Below are positions 1 through 11,776 of a stretch of 40,972 nt of DNA, piece after piece (the first letter of the stretch is position 1; every line of letters begins with the position of its first letter). The notes under the pieces were generated by a model. That model ran no database searches and had not been told where the DNA came from. It worked only from the letters and a program-made list of their open reading frames with translations. Source of the stretch: Toensbergia leucococca (Eukaryota); NCBI GenBank assembly GCA_022813965.1, contig JALDZS010000203.1, forward strand, positions 1-40,972. The letters are read 5' to 3'. Made by a program: the position numbers and the translations under genes.

Positions 1-555
1 ATAGCTCTGAGCCGAGAAATGTTGCAAGAATACCGCCAATAATGGGAGCTAGAGCTAGACCTAGCGCTACTCCAGATTGTACCCAGCCGATGTATCCAGC
101 TCTTGACGCACCAATTACAATATCTGCCACGATACTGTTTCCGAGAGCAATAGCTCCACTGCTTCCAGTACTTGGGAAAGATCTCAAGACAATTAGTCCC
201 GCGTAACTTCTTGCAGTGTCAGTCCTAGATTCGCGAAAAAGTATATAGTAGAGGTAAGAATGGATACAGGACACCTGCCTATATCGTCAGCCATTGACCA
301 AAGAAGAGACGTGCGGGGCCCTGGACCATAACATATGAAACAAGCGTTAGATTGATGGATGTAATGGAAACATTGAGATCGCTGGCGATCGTGTTGAGTG
401 CCGGTAAATAGATAATTGAAGATGAAGGAGAACAGAGCGCCGAAGGCCGATATCACTAGCTTAGTGCGGAAAGAGAAAACAGAGTGGATTGGCCGCTGGA
501 CTGGGACTTCAGCCTCTCCATTAACGTCAGTTTCCTTGGTTTTTCCAATTGTCAA
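1..555 (-). pseudogene. MFS drug:H+ antiporter (DHA1, Qdr-like) pseudogene, 5' part; continues off the window
   Basis: Joining minus frames gives HSVFSFRTKLVI...SPSSSIIYLPALNTIASDLNVSITSINLTLVSYVMVQG...SMADDIGRCPV...IYFFANLGLTLQ/RSYAGLIVLRSFPSTGSSGAIALGNSIVADIV...GYIGWVQSGVALGLALAPIIGGILATFLG, i.e. DHA1 motifs (IYxPAL, motif A DxxGRRP, motif C GxxxxPIIGG). Needs frameshifts near 430, 298, 212 and ~10. True start uncertain. Confidence 0.85.
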
Positions 556-1090
556 ATCGACGCCACTAGGGTCGGTACGGATACAACATTCGATTGGTAG
601 GTGCTCTTCTTCGTCAGTCCCTTCGAACTGACCAATACAGACGACACCTGGGCGTATTGCGGCGATTCTAGAACCAATGCAGTAGATATTCGCACAATGA
701 TAGGAAGGATTCTGTAATTCATCGAGCGCAACCTGAAAATTTTCACGAATAAATCTGAGTTAAAGTAAAACACCAGAATTGCCGAATGACTCTACATTGA
801 TCGACAGTGATGCGAAAGAGAAGGTACAGAAGGGCAGGAATCCGTTCTAGCAAACATGCCAGTGACTTTATGCTGGATACGATCCAATGTCTGGATACAA
901 GCGTAGGCGAAGCTTGTCTAAATTACTTGCATTGTGCCGTCACTTGTAATATTTTCAAGATAAACATGCAACGAATCCAATCAGTCATGACAACAGAGAT
1001 GTAAGGCGAAAATTAATGACCATGAACAAGAAATATATGGAATCAAACAGACAAGCCCAATGAAAAATGAGTAGAGCAGCAGCGACCACG

Positions 1091-1821
1091 TCAAGAATAA
1101 TCAAAAGAAAGCAAGTAGTATAAAAGTCGGCGCCATGGTTGCGTGATCATGTGCCCAATGGTGGCGTATGAACCTGGATCGTGCCTCAAGTCAGATCTTA
1201 CCGTACCCAGCAACTCCAGAAGCCGCATGAAATCAAAATGTACTTTATCGCTCCCCTCCTTATCCCCATCCCACCCCTCGCAATCTCCCATATTAAGACA
1301 ATCCACCAGCTCCTCCCAACTCTCAGCTGCCAACCTATAAACTCCCCCACAATCATCATAACTCCCCAACAACTCCAGGTCAACCTCATAAACCCTCTCA
1401 ATCTTGACGTACGAATTCCGTCTTAGCCTCGTACCCCCTTCCAGCCGAAGCAAGCGATCGCTATCCGGGTGGGCCTCACTAGGATAGATAGGCAGGTGTG
1501 CCTCGCGCACAGTTTCATTTTTCCAGCGGAAGTTGCGGCCAGCAAAGGAGGTGAGCTTTTGGCAAGTGCGTTAGGAGGGACTGAGGTAGTTTGTGGGATT
1601 TGGGCTTATTTGGGGCAATTGACTATCAGGATATTGGCGGTGCGAGAAGCGAGATTTGAGGAGAGGGTTAAGACTGGATGGTTGTATATAGCGTGGGGAA
1701 GGGTAGGTATTTGTAAGGGAGGTGGAGGAAGGAGCCAAAGGATGAGGTTGGCGGTTATGCCTGGGTGAGGCGGTCGGGAGGAAGGAGCGGGTGGAAAGGC
1801 GAGCTGTGAAGAGGCGGGCAT
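1091..1821 (-). CDS. Small fungal hypothetical protein, two exons; motif order reminiscent of PemK/MazF-like fold
   Basis: Exon 1 (1821-1624) ...LILWLLP...YNHPVLTLS...ANILI; intron 1623-1556 (GTCAAT...CTAAC...AAAG); exon 2 LTSFAGRNF...HLPIYPSEAHPD...LRRNSYVKIERVYEV...YRLAAESWEEL to TGA at 1091. Upstream in-frame ATGs at 1854 and 1881 are alternatives. Confidence 0.7.
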
Positions 1822-2489
1822 TGTGACGTTCTGTGTCGACGTCAAGATTGACATCTGTGTCAATGGGCTAAATTGATTCATGATTGATGGAGAAGTCACT
1901 CGAGTGAAAATTGACTTTAAAGTGACGCGCTAATTTAGCTAGGTAAGGTTCTACCGATACTCGCAGAATAGAAGAGGTATTCTATTCTAATTTCGTATTT
2001 TATGGACTTCGTGCGGCCTCAACCTCGCCGTCGTGCAGGCGCCTCGACAACCATGCCACATAATACATTCATTATGCAGAAAATCCATCCCAAGCCCTCA
2101 CAAAGCTATAACAATTTTCTGCATTGCATTCCAAGGACTATGTAGAATTGCCAAGACAGTATTGAGGGTCGCAGTTCCAGCAAACACTGTCCAAAAGGAG
2201 TACCATTTCATTTCATCCCAATCTTGATATTACGGACTGTAAACATGAATCCTGCTAGAATCAGATGACAAAATCTATTAGTACATTCAGCTTCCGACCT
2301 CCCAAGAAGCTAGCCATCGCAATAAGAATCCTTTAGGAAGAGCACTAGGCTTGACCTCATATTTGCCATTCATGAAACCTACTTCAAAGTCCGAGCCGCT
2401 GAAATTGCTGAATAAATGTCAACTCGGACTGAAGCCTGCCACAAGAGGTAGGGACTAGTAAAGCCACCCAAGGCACATTGAGGTGGTAT

Positions 2490-2810
2490 ACCGCAGTTAA
2501 GTCCTGGAGTCTATCCATTGATCGTCTCAATGCTTGATGCAGCACCTCCATCTTTCAACAAACAAATAATTTTGACAGGTCCAGTCCTGACAACCCAATG
2601 CAAGAGAGTTAAGCCGTCCAGATTAGCCAGACTGAACCAAGTGTGCTCCTCTTGAAGCCAATGGATCACTTATCGGGTTTTGCATCTCAGAGATACTTGG
2701 ATCGGATGCAAGTCAGCAAAAATGTTTCAACAATAGCTTTGTGTCCTTCAGGGGAGGCGGAATAAAGTATATTTCTACCATGCAGATCCCTCTGATCTAT
2801 ATAAGCCATA
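2490..2810 (-). pseudogene. Eroded ankyrin-repeat relic immediately downstream of the NLR gene
   Basis: Minus-strand fragments AYIDQRDLHGR/ILYSASPEGHKAIVETFL (~2807-2720) and NLDGLTLLHWVVRTGPVKIICLLKDGGAASSIETING*TP (~2625-2505) fit the ankyrin consensus; frameshifts and a TAG at 2511-2513. Not in the ORF track. Confidence 0.65.
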
Positions 2811-3045
2811 TTATCATGAAACCTTGGGGTAAAGTAAAAGATTTGATCGCTGGTCACTTAGGGCAGTGATCTCTTATCAAACGATTGGCGGCCAATGTCT
2901 TCAGCCATCTTCATCTCCCTCAATCAAGAGAGCTGTCCGTTCTCATCTTTCTCAACTCCGTCTCCACCCTCCATAACGACTGGGAAAGCGGACTTTGTGG
3001 ACAGGAAAACAGTCTTCGTCATTGAGATTTTCGCCTCCTTCATCT

Positions 3046-6000
3046 TCACGCCTCAAAGCGTGCCTGTAGTACACTGCTTATAGCTCCCCTTTGAAGTAGC
3101 ATCTGTGCCACTTGATCGTGACCATTTTCTGATGCTGCCTGCAGTGCGTTGCCATAATATCCACCTTGAACGTTGACATCAGCTCCTTTGTCAAACAACA
3201 TCTGCACCGCTTTTTCAACACCACTATATGACGCCGCCTGCAGTGCGTTGCCATAATCTCCACCTTGAGCGTTGACATCAGCTCCTTTGTCAAGCAACAT
3301 CTGCATCACTTTTTCAAAACCTCTCCATGACGCCACCTGCAGTGCGCTGCCATCACTTCCACCTTGAACATTGACATCAGCTCCTTTGTCAAGCAACATG
3401 TGCATCACTTTATCATGACCTCTGTGAACCGCTGCCTGCAGTGCGTTGCCAAAATATCCACCTTGAGCGTTGACGTCAGCTCCTTTGTCAAGCAGCATCT
3501 GCATCACTCTTTCATGACCTTCATATGATGCTGCCTGCAGTGCGTTGCCATAAAATCCACCTTGAACATTGACGCCAGCTCCTTTGTCAAGCAGCATCTG
3601 CATCACTCTTTCATTGCCACTGTTTGATGCTACCTGCAGTGCGTTGCCATATCTCCCACCTTGAGCGTTGACATCAGCTCCTTTATTGAGTAGCATCTGC
3701 ACCCCTTTTTCAAAACCTCTATCTGACGCCGCCTGCAGTGCGTTGCCATAATCTCCACCTTGAGCATTGACATCAGCTCCTTTGTCAAGCAGCATCTGCA
3801 TCACTCTTTCATGACCTTCATATGATGCTGCCTGCAGTGCGTTGCCATAATATCCACCTTGAGCGTTGACATCAGCTCCTTTGTCAAGCAGCATCTGCAC
3901 CACTTGATCATGACCTCTGTGAACCGCTGCCTGCAGTGCGTTGCCATAATATCCACCTTGAACATTGACATCAGCTCCTTTGTCAAGCAACATCTGCACC
4001 ACTTGATCGTGACCATTTTCTGATGCTGCATACAGTGCGGTTTCATTACTTTCACTTTGAGCATTGACATCAGCTCCCTGGCTCAGAAGTAGGCTTATTA
4101 TTGCAGTATGTCCCATCTCTGAAGCTGAATGTAGCGGTGTTCTATTATATAGACCTCTTACATTCACCTCCATACTAGGCTTTGCCAGCAGCGCCTGGAC
4201 TAAACTCAGAAGACCGGCCGCCGACGCAACATGTAAAAATGTTGTTCGCGGGTCTCTGAAATTCTCATCGCTGTACGGACAGAGGATTTGGTGGATATAC
4301 ACCCATTGGCGGAGGATAGAATTTGACGGAAATTCTAACCACATTAAGACTTCTTCTTGTGAGCAGTTTTCACTCTCGGCCTCTTGAGAATGTGATAACC
4401 AAAATTCTGTCGCATACATAACAAATTGCATATCACTAGGAAGGCTAGTAATGTGCAGATTCCTTTTAAAAGTAGTACGGAGTATCTCCTCATTTTTGAT
4501 GAAGTAGATACAGGCTCTTGCAATTTGATGATGACATTGGCCAATAAGGCTACCAGTCGAACAGTCACCTCGCGTTGTAGGATTTTTAGACTTGGAGTCA
4601 TCATTGACCAATGTATGGAGTTTTCTCATACCGTTAGAGTTGAGGTAGTCATTGACCGATTCGTGAATGAATTGTACCACATGATGGTCTTTTTCGCCAA
4701 CTACCTCCGCAAGACCTCCGGATAACGAGGTTACGAGCGCTTTCAGCTGCACAAAATCGTCTTCATAATAGGAGTTGGAATCCCTCCATGTTCTCAGAGA
4801 CGGATATGGTGTCTCTGTATCAAAAGCCAATGCGGTGCGCAATTCGTTTGTCGAAAGGGGCCGCTCGGCGAGATGTACCCATCGTATCAAAATCCATGCT
4901 TCGAATCTGCTCTCTTCGTCCAGGGTTTCAAGCATGTACGTATACAGATCACTAAGTTCTTGAGGTATCTTTTGTATCCTTTCCTGTATGGCCTTCCAAG
5001 GCGTTGGCACTCTAGCTAGCTTCGCTATAAGCTTGAGAACAAGAGAAACCCACTGAAAGATTCCTGAAGCCCTCCTCAAAATATTAATTTGAAGGGCTTC
5101 CACTATCAAAGAGTCGCGAACGGTATTCCATCCTTCCATCTCAAACGTGTTTCCAATGTAAGTAGCTATGTCTCCCTGCGTTTCGCTTTCGACAAGAATT
5201 TCGAGACCATGACGAAGAGTAACATTGGGATAATGGCGGCTCGAGAAACAGATATGGACAGCTTTCCTGACCGAGGACAACTTTACTATCAGATCCTGCA
5301 AGTATAAAGCAAGCTTCGCTGCTTCTTCACTGCCACATTCGTCTAATGCATCTACAAAGATGGAGACAGGTGTAACCTCAGCTGCCCTTCTGATGTTTTG
5401 GTAGAGCAGTTCCTGAAGCTCGTTGACATGCCAGCTCCACTCTTTCTGGGTCTGTTGCTTTCTCTTACAGATGGATCGGAATTCGGAGCGTAGGGACGGA
5501 ATATTATAAAGAAGTTGATGCAGAAGCGATCGATAGAGGCCAATGGAGGTCTTTTGTAATGCTGTACCTCGAGCGTGGAAGAAGAATGTGGCTAGCGTGG
5601 GCCTTTGGGGATTTTGACGTTCCTGGTCTGCAGCGAATTTCATCAAAGTGGACTTTCCGGCACCTGGTTTGCCTTTTATCCACAACAGACCAGAAAATTG
5701 GTGCAGCCAATTCTGATATATCTGGTGCTGAAGTAACCACGCACAAGTATTTTGGGAAGCATTTGAAATGTCGAAATATCGGTCGTCCATCTCCGGATAA
5801 GACAAGGATCTAATACATTCTTCAAAGCAGTCTTGTAAGTGGATATACATATGCTGTTAGACAATCCCATACCTTGGTCTTCTCGAGTCAGTGGAATCAT
5901 TACGGAGCTGAGATCAGCGTGCTGTAAAATTTCAGGCGAAAGAGTGTGCTTTAGCACATAGGCAACTGTGCGAAAGACGCGGTCATCTTTGCCAAAGTTG

Positions 6001-7025
6001 TGCATATTGAAATGATCCCGCTCTAGTCCACGAGCCACAAATCGAGGTTCTCCTGTAGATGGACCATCCACCAGAATTGCATCATTTTTGGAGACAAGCA
6101 TGACCTGAATTTGATTAGTTTCCCACATTACGAGACTACAATTGTAAGATACCTTTGGGATCTCCTCATTACCCACAATTCTCCCAACATTGGATTCTTG
6201 TGTCTCCCAGAGACAGCCGACGTTGGGTCTTTTGTACACGTGAGATGTTTCCATGAAGCCTTTTCTCAACTCATCTAGCACGTCACTTCCATGTCGAAAT
6301 GATTCGAACAAGCCTTTTTCGACATGTCGGTGTATCTTAGCAGCAAGTCCTGGCAGGTCATTCTGGAACCACTCATGGATTCCCCGAAATGGGCTTCCGA
6401 AGAAGATTGCGGCGTCGGTATACCGGAATAGGCCGAAGGCTTCCCCATGCTTGGCCCAGTCATTGTTGGTCATCTCGGCCATCATGAGCGCCTGAGGCTA
6501 TCAGTAACGACACGCACATACAAGTATGCTAAAGTACCTTCAAGACTACGATACCACCAAAGCTATGAGCCACGAAGATCAATGGCGTGGGTAGAAGATC
6601 CTACATCGTCAGAAAACTCCAAAACAGCCTGCGCTTTCGGCTTGTGGTACCTCTATGCTAATGGCGTCCAGAAGCCTGCCTGCCACCTCGGTGAGCCTCG
6701 TGTCGACCGCTTTCTCGCCCAGCCATGTCGAGTCGTATCCGAATGTCCACATGCGAGCTCCAGGGACAATTTCGACGAGCTGATGTTCTAGCCAATTCCA
6801 TTCTTGACTCTTCTCGACCCAAGTCCCAATAGGGTCGGCAGCGAGCCCATGCACTGCAATTATACTATGTGTAACGCCGTCAGATACATCACGATATCCA
6901 TCAATCCTGGATACATAGGAGGCATACTTTACTGAAGGATTGGCATGATCTCGTAGTATGGTTAGGTCTCTAAAATCTGGTCTATATTTTCGTTTCAAAA
7001 GTCGATGCTGATGGGTAGAAGCCAT
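3046..7025 (-). CDS. NLR-like protein: SesB-like alpha/beta-hydrolase + NACHT NTPase + ankyrin repeats (~1240 aa, 6 exons)
   Basis: Introns 6927-6865, 6650-6601, 6537-6492, 6152-6105, 5872-5832 (all GT-AG, frame-consistent) join three ORFs. Hydrolase motifs IIAVHGL, WTFGYDS, LIFVAHSFGG, FFGSPFRG, RDHFNM; Walker A GKPGAGKS (5673-5650); Walker B IFVDALDEC; SSRHYP; ASGIFQWV; VQFIHESVNDYL; about 12 C-terminal ankyrin repeats. Confidence 0.93.
3082..4038 (-). repeat. Tandem array of ten highly similar 99-bp ankyrin-coding units (last one partial)
   Basis: Exact 99-bp period (unit starts 4038, 3939 ... 3147); consensus ALQAASxxGxxxVxQMLLDKGADVNxQGGxYGN with near-identical DNA. Confidence 0.97.
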
Positions 7026-7446
7026 ATTCTAGCTCCACTTAAAAAAGAACGCGACCGAAATTTCACACTTAGCCGGGCTGAAAGAGACGATCTTGGATAT
7101 TCATTCGCGTCTATTGATCAACCAAATACGGAATACACGTACTTCAAACAGAAGCAGATGCAAGGACTGATCAAAAGGAATGATTGAAAAGACCGGACTG
7201 CAAAGCCAAGCACAGCCTTGGTGGCCTTCTTATTTATTTAAATCGACAGGCAGCGACAACTGAAACTTCCGATCACCCAATCGGGTTTCTTAGGAACACA
7301 TATTTTCAGAGTACTTGCTGAAATTTATCGCTATTACTGAAGTGGTTTAACGATTACCGGTACGAGTCTCGAATATCATCACTTTGAGGATTCAGTGAGT
7401 AACAGTGATAAAGTTTAGTAAAACATCTTGAGAATATGTGTGTACG

Positions 7447-7753
7447 TACTCGAGGAACCCGTCCAATCATCTTCCTTCGACTTATCAAAACGCCCGCATG
7501 CACGTTACTACGCAGCGAATAACTTCAGGAAGCCTCATCGTGACACTCCTACCAGGCCAAACTACAAGAAGTTATTGAATACATCGAGGTCCAGGGAATC
7601 AAAATAGGAAAAAAACATATCACTTTCACGTCAAGGATACATAGAGCTGCTCCGTATGAGAGCCTAGGGTCTTCCCCCACGTCAGGTTCAGTGCTTAATT
7701 GAGAATATTCTACAGGTGAACGCCAAGCCAACAACATGGCCTAGGTACGAGTA
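7447..7753 (+). mobile_element. Possible degenerate Tc1/mariner-type relic in the divergent intergenic region
   Basis: Frameshifted peptide NNFRKPHRDTPTR/AKLQEVIEYIEVQGIKIGKKHI resembles, from memory only, the N-terminus of fungal Tc1-like transposases; bounded by TACTCG (7447) and CGAGTA (7753), a 6-bp inverted match including TA. Confidence 0.33.
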
Positions 7754-7952
7754 AATATGGATTTCGGCCAATGAGACGACCCGCCGAAGCCACCTCACTG
7801 CCTTTGCCAACTTCGATCATCTTCGAAGGCACTCAGCCTCAATGTATGACGGGTAGCCTTGTCAAAGGCCCACCCTTCAGCAGCTTCAGTAAAAGTTGAT
7901 TTGGCCCCTAGATTCACGAGTGTTGCTAGCTTCAACATAGCATCCACTTTCC

Positions 7953-10366
7953 ATGGATCCGTTGTCCCTCACCGCGAGTATCATTGCCATAGTAGGAGTC
8001 AGCGCGCAAAGCGTCAAAGTTCTGAGAAGACTTATTTCTCTCGGAGATGCCCCGCTTCTAGCCTCAGCCTTGAACAATGAACTTTCCGATCTTCGGCTGA
8101 ATGTCCTGGCTGTACAGGAATTGTTCACAAAGCATTCATCTGGTAGCGAAGATCCCGCGCTGGATCAGAATGCGATCATCAGCGTAGTGGCCTGCCTCAA
8201 GCGAGCAAACACCCTAGTCGTTGAACTGGACTGTCTGCTGAGTCCCTTGCTTGTTCTTTTGTCACGCCCAGATAATGCTATGCCAAAAAAATGGATCGCT
8301 TGGATGAAAGTGGAGAGTAGGCTGAAGCGTTTTGTTCAAGACCTTTACAATGTCCGAGTGGCCTTAAATACAGCACTTGGTATTCTTGATCTGTAAGTTG
8401 TTTGAGAAGAATGGAGCTTTGGGATGACATTTTCTGCTGGAAGACGTTTCATAACCGTCTCTCTGCGTACTACTTTGAAAATCACTCGTTTGATAACCAT
8501 ATCATCCGTGACAGGAACACTAGCATCCGTCTCGAGACAACGGTGCATGCTCTGCGCCAGTACATAGCAGAGATTCAAGATGATCAGGCGCGAATGAAAG
8601 AGATACATGGACAGCATGTTGTGAAAATGGAAATCTTCATGGAGCTAATCACGAAAACCATTGTCAGCCACCCAGAGATGACTTCAGAACGAGATCAGAA
8701 TGATGGAACCCTGAACGCAGGGTGGGATCAAAAAACGAATGAGCCTTGGGGAACCAATTCAGTTGCCATTCCCATGAATTCTGTCCACGTCGCAGACATT
8801 GAACCTCGATGTAAATGTCGCTGCCACAACAGATCTTCTAAAAGGTCGCCTCAAGTCATGGATCAGATAATTGGTTCTCTTTTTGCCGGGTATTCTGGCG
8901 TTCCTTGCCTAATCCCTCAATGTAATGTCCTGAGCTGCCAGCGGTCTTGTCCGAATCCAGACGTGATGGTCTCCGTAACTTACTTCTTTCCCACGTGGAT
9001 TCTCTCGCAGGCATTCACCCTGGCTTTCAAACGATCCGTGGGTGGATTCGACTACAACATTAGAATTATAAATTGCGTAAGTTACTTGTCGCTGATTTTT
9101 CAGTACGCGTATCAGGGAGACGTCTCAAGAATGAAAAGCTTGCTCAAGTCTAAATTGGGGTCTCCGTTTGACGTGACGTCTAATCCACAAAGATCATTGC
9201 TCGGGGTATGAAAGTCCCCCAATTCATGTGTCTCTACTAATTTGTGTCTGATAGGTCGCTGCTTCTCGAGGGCACGGAGAGATGTGTGACATCCTCCTAC
9301 ATGCAGGAGCTGATCCATTTCTGGTGGACTATAGAAATAGGTGCGATAACAGACAGCCTTGATTATATTGGCTAATTCAAGAAGATCAGCCGTCAACATT
9401 GCTTGGGAAGCTGTACTGGCCAATAACAAAGTCGCAAAGAACTTACAAAACCTCCTAGCACTTTCTTCCCGGGAAGACTATATGCGCCAATGCGAACTGA
9501 AACTCCTGCATAGAAGTGTCCTCGGTCTTAACAGCATCAACCTTCATTTTTTGCTTGAAGAAATTCCGAGTCATACGATTGATGAGAAAGATGCCGATGG
9601 TCAGACAGCACTTTTCTGGGCAGCGATTCGTGCAGACTCTCAAGCTGTGTCTCTTCTCCTGGGAGCTGGGGCAGATTTCAACAGTCAGAATAATCATGGG
9701 GTCAGGATACTGACAGCCGCTATCATGTCCAATGATACATGCTGCGTCCAAAAAATACTCACATCTGGTGCTGATATCAATTACGTACAGGCAGACGGGT
9801 ATACACCTTTGCATCACAGCTGTCGCTACGGTGTTGATGTTGAGATTTTGAAGGCCTTGCTTGACCGTGGAGCCAATACAAACGCAAGAACTAGGCTGGG
9901 ACATACACCTCTTATGATCGCCACGTTCAACATGCGGACAGCTACGGCAAAAGTCCTTATTGACAGAGGTGTTGACCTTGATATTCAAGGTAAAGATGGA
10001 GGGTCAGCTCTTCACTATGCTGTGATGACTGGTAATCACGATACCGTTATTCATCTACTCGAAAAAAAGGCCAATCACAGGCTTAAAACAAAATCTGGGG
10101 AGACCATACTACACTTTTTAGCGCAGAGGAACGGCGACCTACAGTTAATTCAGAGTCTGGAGAGTTTTGACCTCGAAGATATCGACGTGGAAGCGACAGA
10201 TCAGGCTCAGAAGCGTACCGCGCTTCAGGTTGCCGAATTGCATCATCGATGTGATTTCGATTGGCTTGAATCATTCAAGGCCCTAATAGAGAAGATAAGT
10301 GTGAAGCGTTTCGGTCCCGGATCTTTGAGCCCTGAGTATGTAGACGCGTCAGAGTATTTTTTTTGA
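7953..10366 (+). CDS. HeLo-like (fungal STAND N-terminal) domain + Cys/His-rich domain + ankyrin repeats; no nucleotide-binding domain (~730 aa, 4 exons)
   Basis: Starts MDPLSLTASIIAIVGVSAQ...APLLASALNNELSDLRL (HeLo-like N-terminus). Introns 8393-8514, 9206-9254, 9341-9381 (or 9384). Middle CKCRCH...GSLFAGYSG...CNVLSC...VTYFFPTW; C-terminal ankyrins (GQTALFWAA, GYTPLHHSC, GHTPLMIAT, GGSALHYAV, GETILHFLA). No Walker A seen. Confidence 0.88.
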
Positions 10367-11776
10367 GTACCAGTGAGTTTTGATGCTTTGATTCAAAAGT
10401 CATCAACCAAAGAACATTTGGAGTGTGTCAAAGGCGGGGAAAAGAGTTAGGGGCATTCCCTTCGCGTCTTCTTTTCCCATTCCTTCATTGACCTACTAAG
10501 CAACGAGACATTATAGTCGAGCCCAGTGCCACATTGTCCAGGATTCTGCAAGCAAATCATGCATAAGCGAAAGTAGAAAAAATCAGATAATGCAGACGGA
10601 CCTTTAATCAAAATTATATTCAACCAGCCGCTTCAAACCGCGGACTCAATAGCAGCTCCCTCCTTCTCACGCTAGTGTACGATGTGAACCAACCTCCCTC
10701 ACCATGAAAAGCACCCAGCACAAAGACCTCGCCCCTTTCAGCTACCATAAATATCTTACAGCAGAGCTGAACCAAACTACGTCAAACCTTCATTCTCAAT
10801 CAGTGCCATATCTTCAAAGCACACTCATCAAACCCTCAACTCAAAGTGAGATATTCAAGCTCTCAACAGCACATCAGAGAAAATTTATAAGTTTTTCTTC
10901 ACCTTGCCAGAAACGATCTCATGAAGCTATTTCTCTGATTCTTATAGGTATCTACAGACCTATATTGACGGAGAGAGTGATCTCTCTGTCTCTATGCTTT
11001 CTTCATCATTCTATTATGTATTATAAAGCTCACCAGCTGTTGAAAAGATCAAGACTGTGTCACAATATCCTCATTTCTGTTGCTCTACTACAAAGTCCGC
11101 ATTTCCAAGGAGAAAGAAAGCATCACATTCTCTCACAAGATAGTGGTTTTCAGTGACAGCATATACCTCATCTGGATATTCTGGGCGAGGAGGTGCGCTG
11201 GCCCCGATCGGCCGCCCAAATGCAGAGGAGTCGAACCTCTTCAGGCCACTCCTACCCACCTATTATCGGTCAACTGAATGGCACGCAGCCCATTTTGGGA
11301 GGGCTACGGCCCAGCCAACCATCCTACAACTAAAGATCTTAAGACAACATATACCAAATTACATGAATAAACCTCCTATACATCCGGCTCAGGCCTGGCC
11401 TGAGCTTCCATCTGAATCTGAACCCGAAGATCCCGATGACTCCTGCAAGGTAGTAGTATCAAAACAAAGGCCTGGGGTGGTGAGGTGAGAAAGGCGGGAG
11501 TAAGGAAAATGGGGTATGGGATGAGAGTGTCAGAAGGCTACAAACTACTTTACTTCTCAATTTGTTGACAATTCAGTGTAAAGCAAAATTGACATCAACA
11601 TAGCAACATTGGTAGAATCAGAAACCTCACTCTTTAGTACAGTAACATCACAATCTTATCAGTTGTCATGTTATTGAGTGTAAGCATTTAGTAGTTCATA
11701 CTCACCTCGCATTTCTGGCGCGTAATCACTCTCACGATGGATACTGTTTTTGGTGTACCGTCGCGGAGGGAAAGGT

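Noticed and set aside
3082..4038. Regular repeat array as a CRISPR-like locus
   Set aside because: Units are contiguous 99-bp in-frame ankyrin codons with no unique spacers, in a eukaryotic gene.
6930..8100. Amyloid signalling motif linking the NLR and the HeLo-like gene
   Set aside because: No N/Q/G-rich pseudo-repeat at the NLR N-terminus or at either end of the partner.
10704..11488. Overlapping plus-strand ORFs (150 and 111 aa)
   Set aside because: No recognisable domain or consistent splice model; may be decayed DNA.
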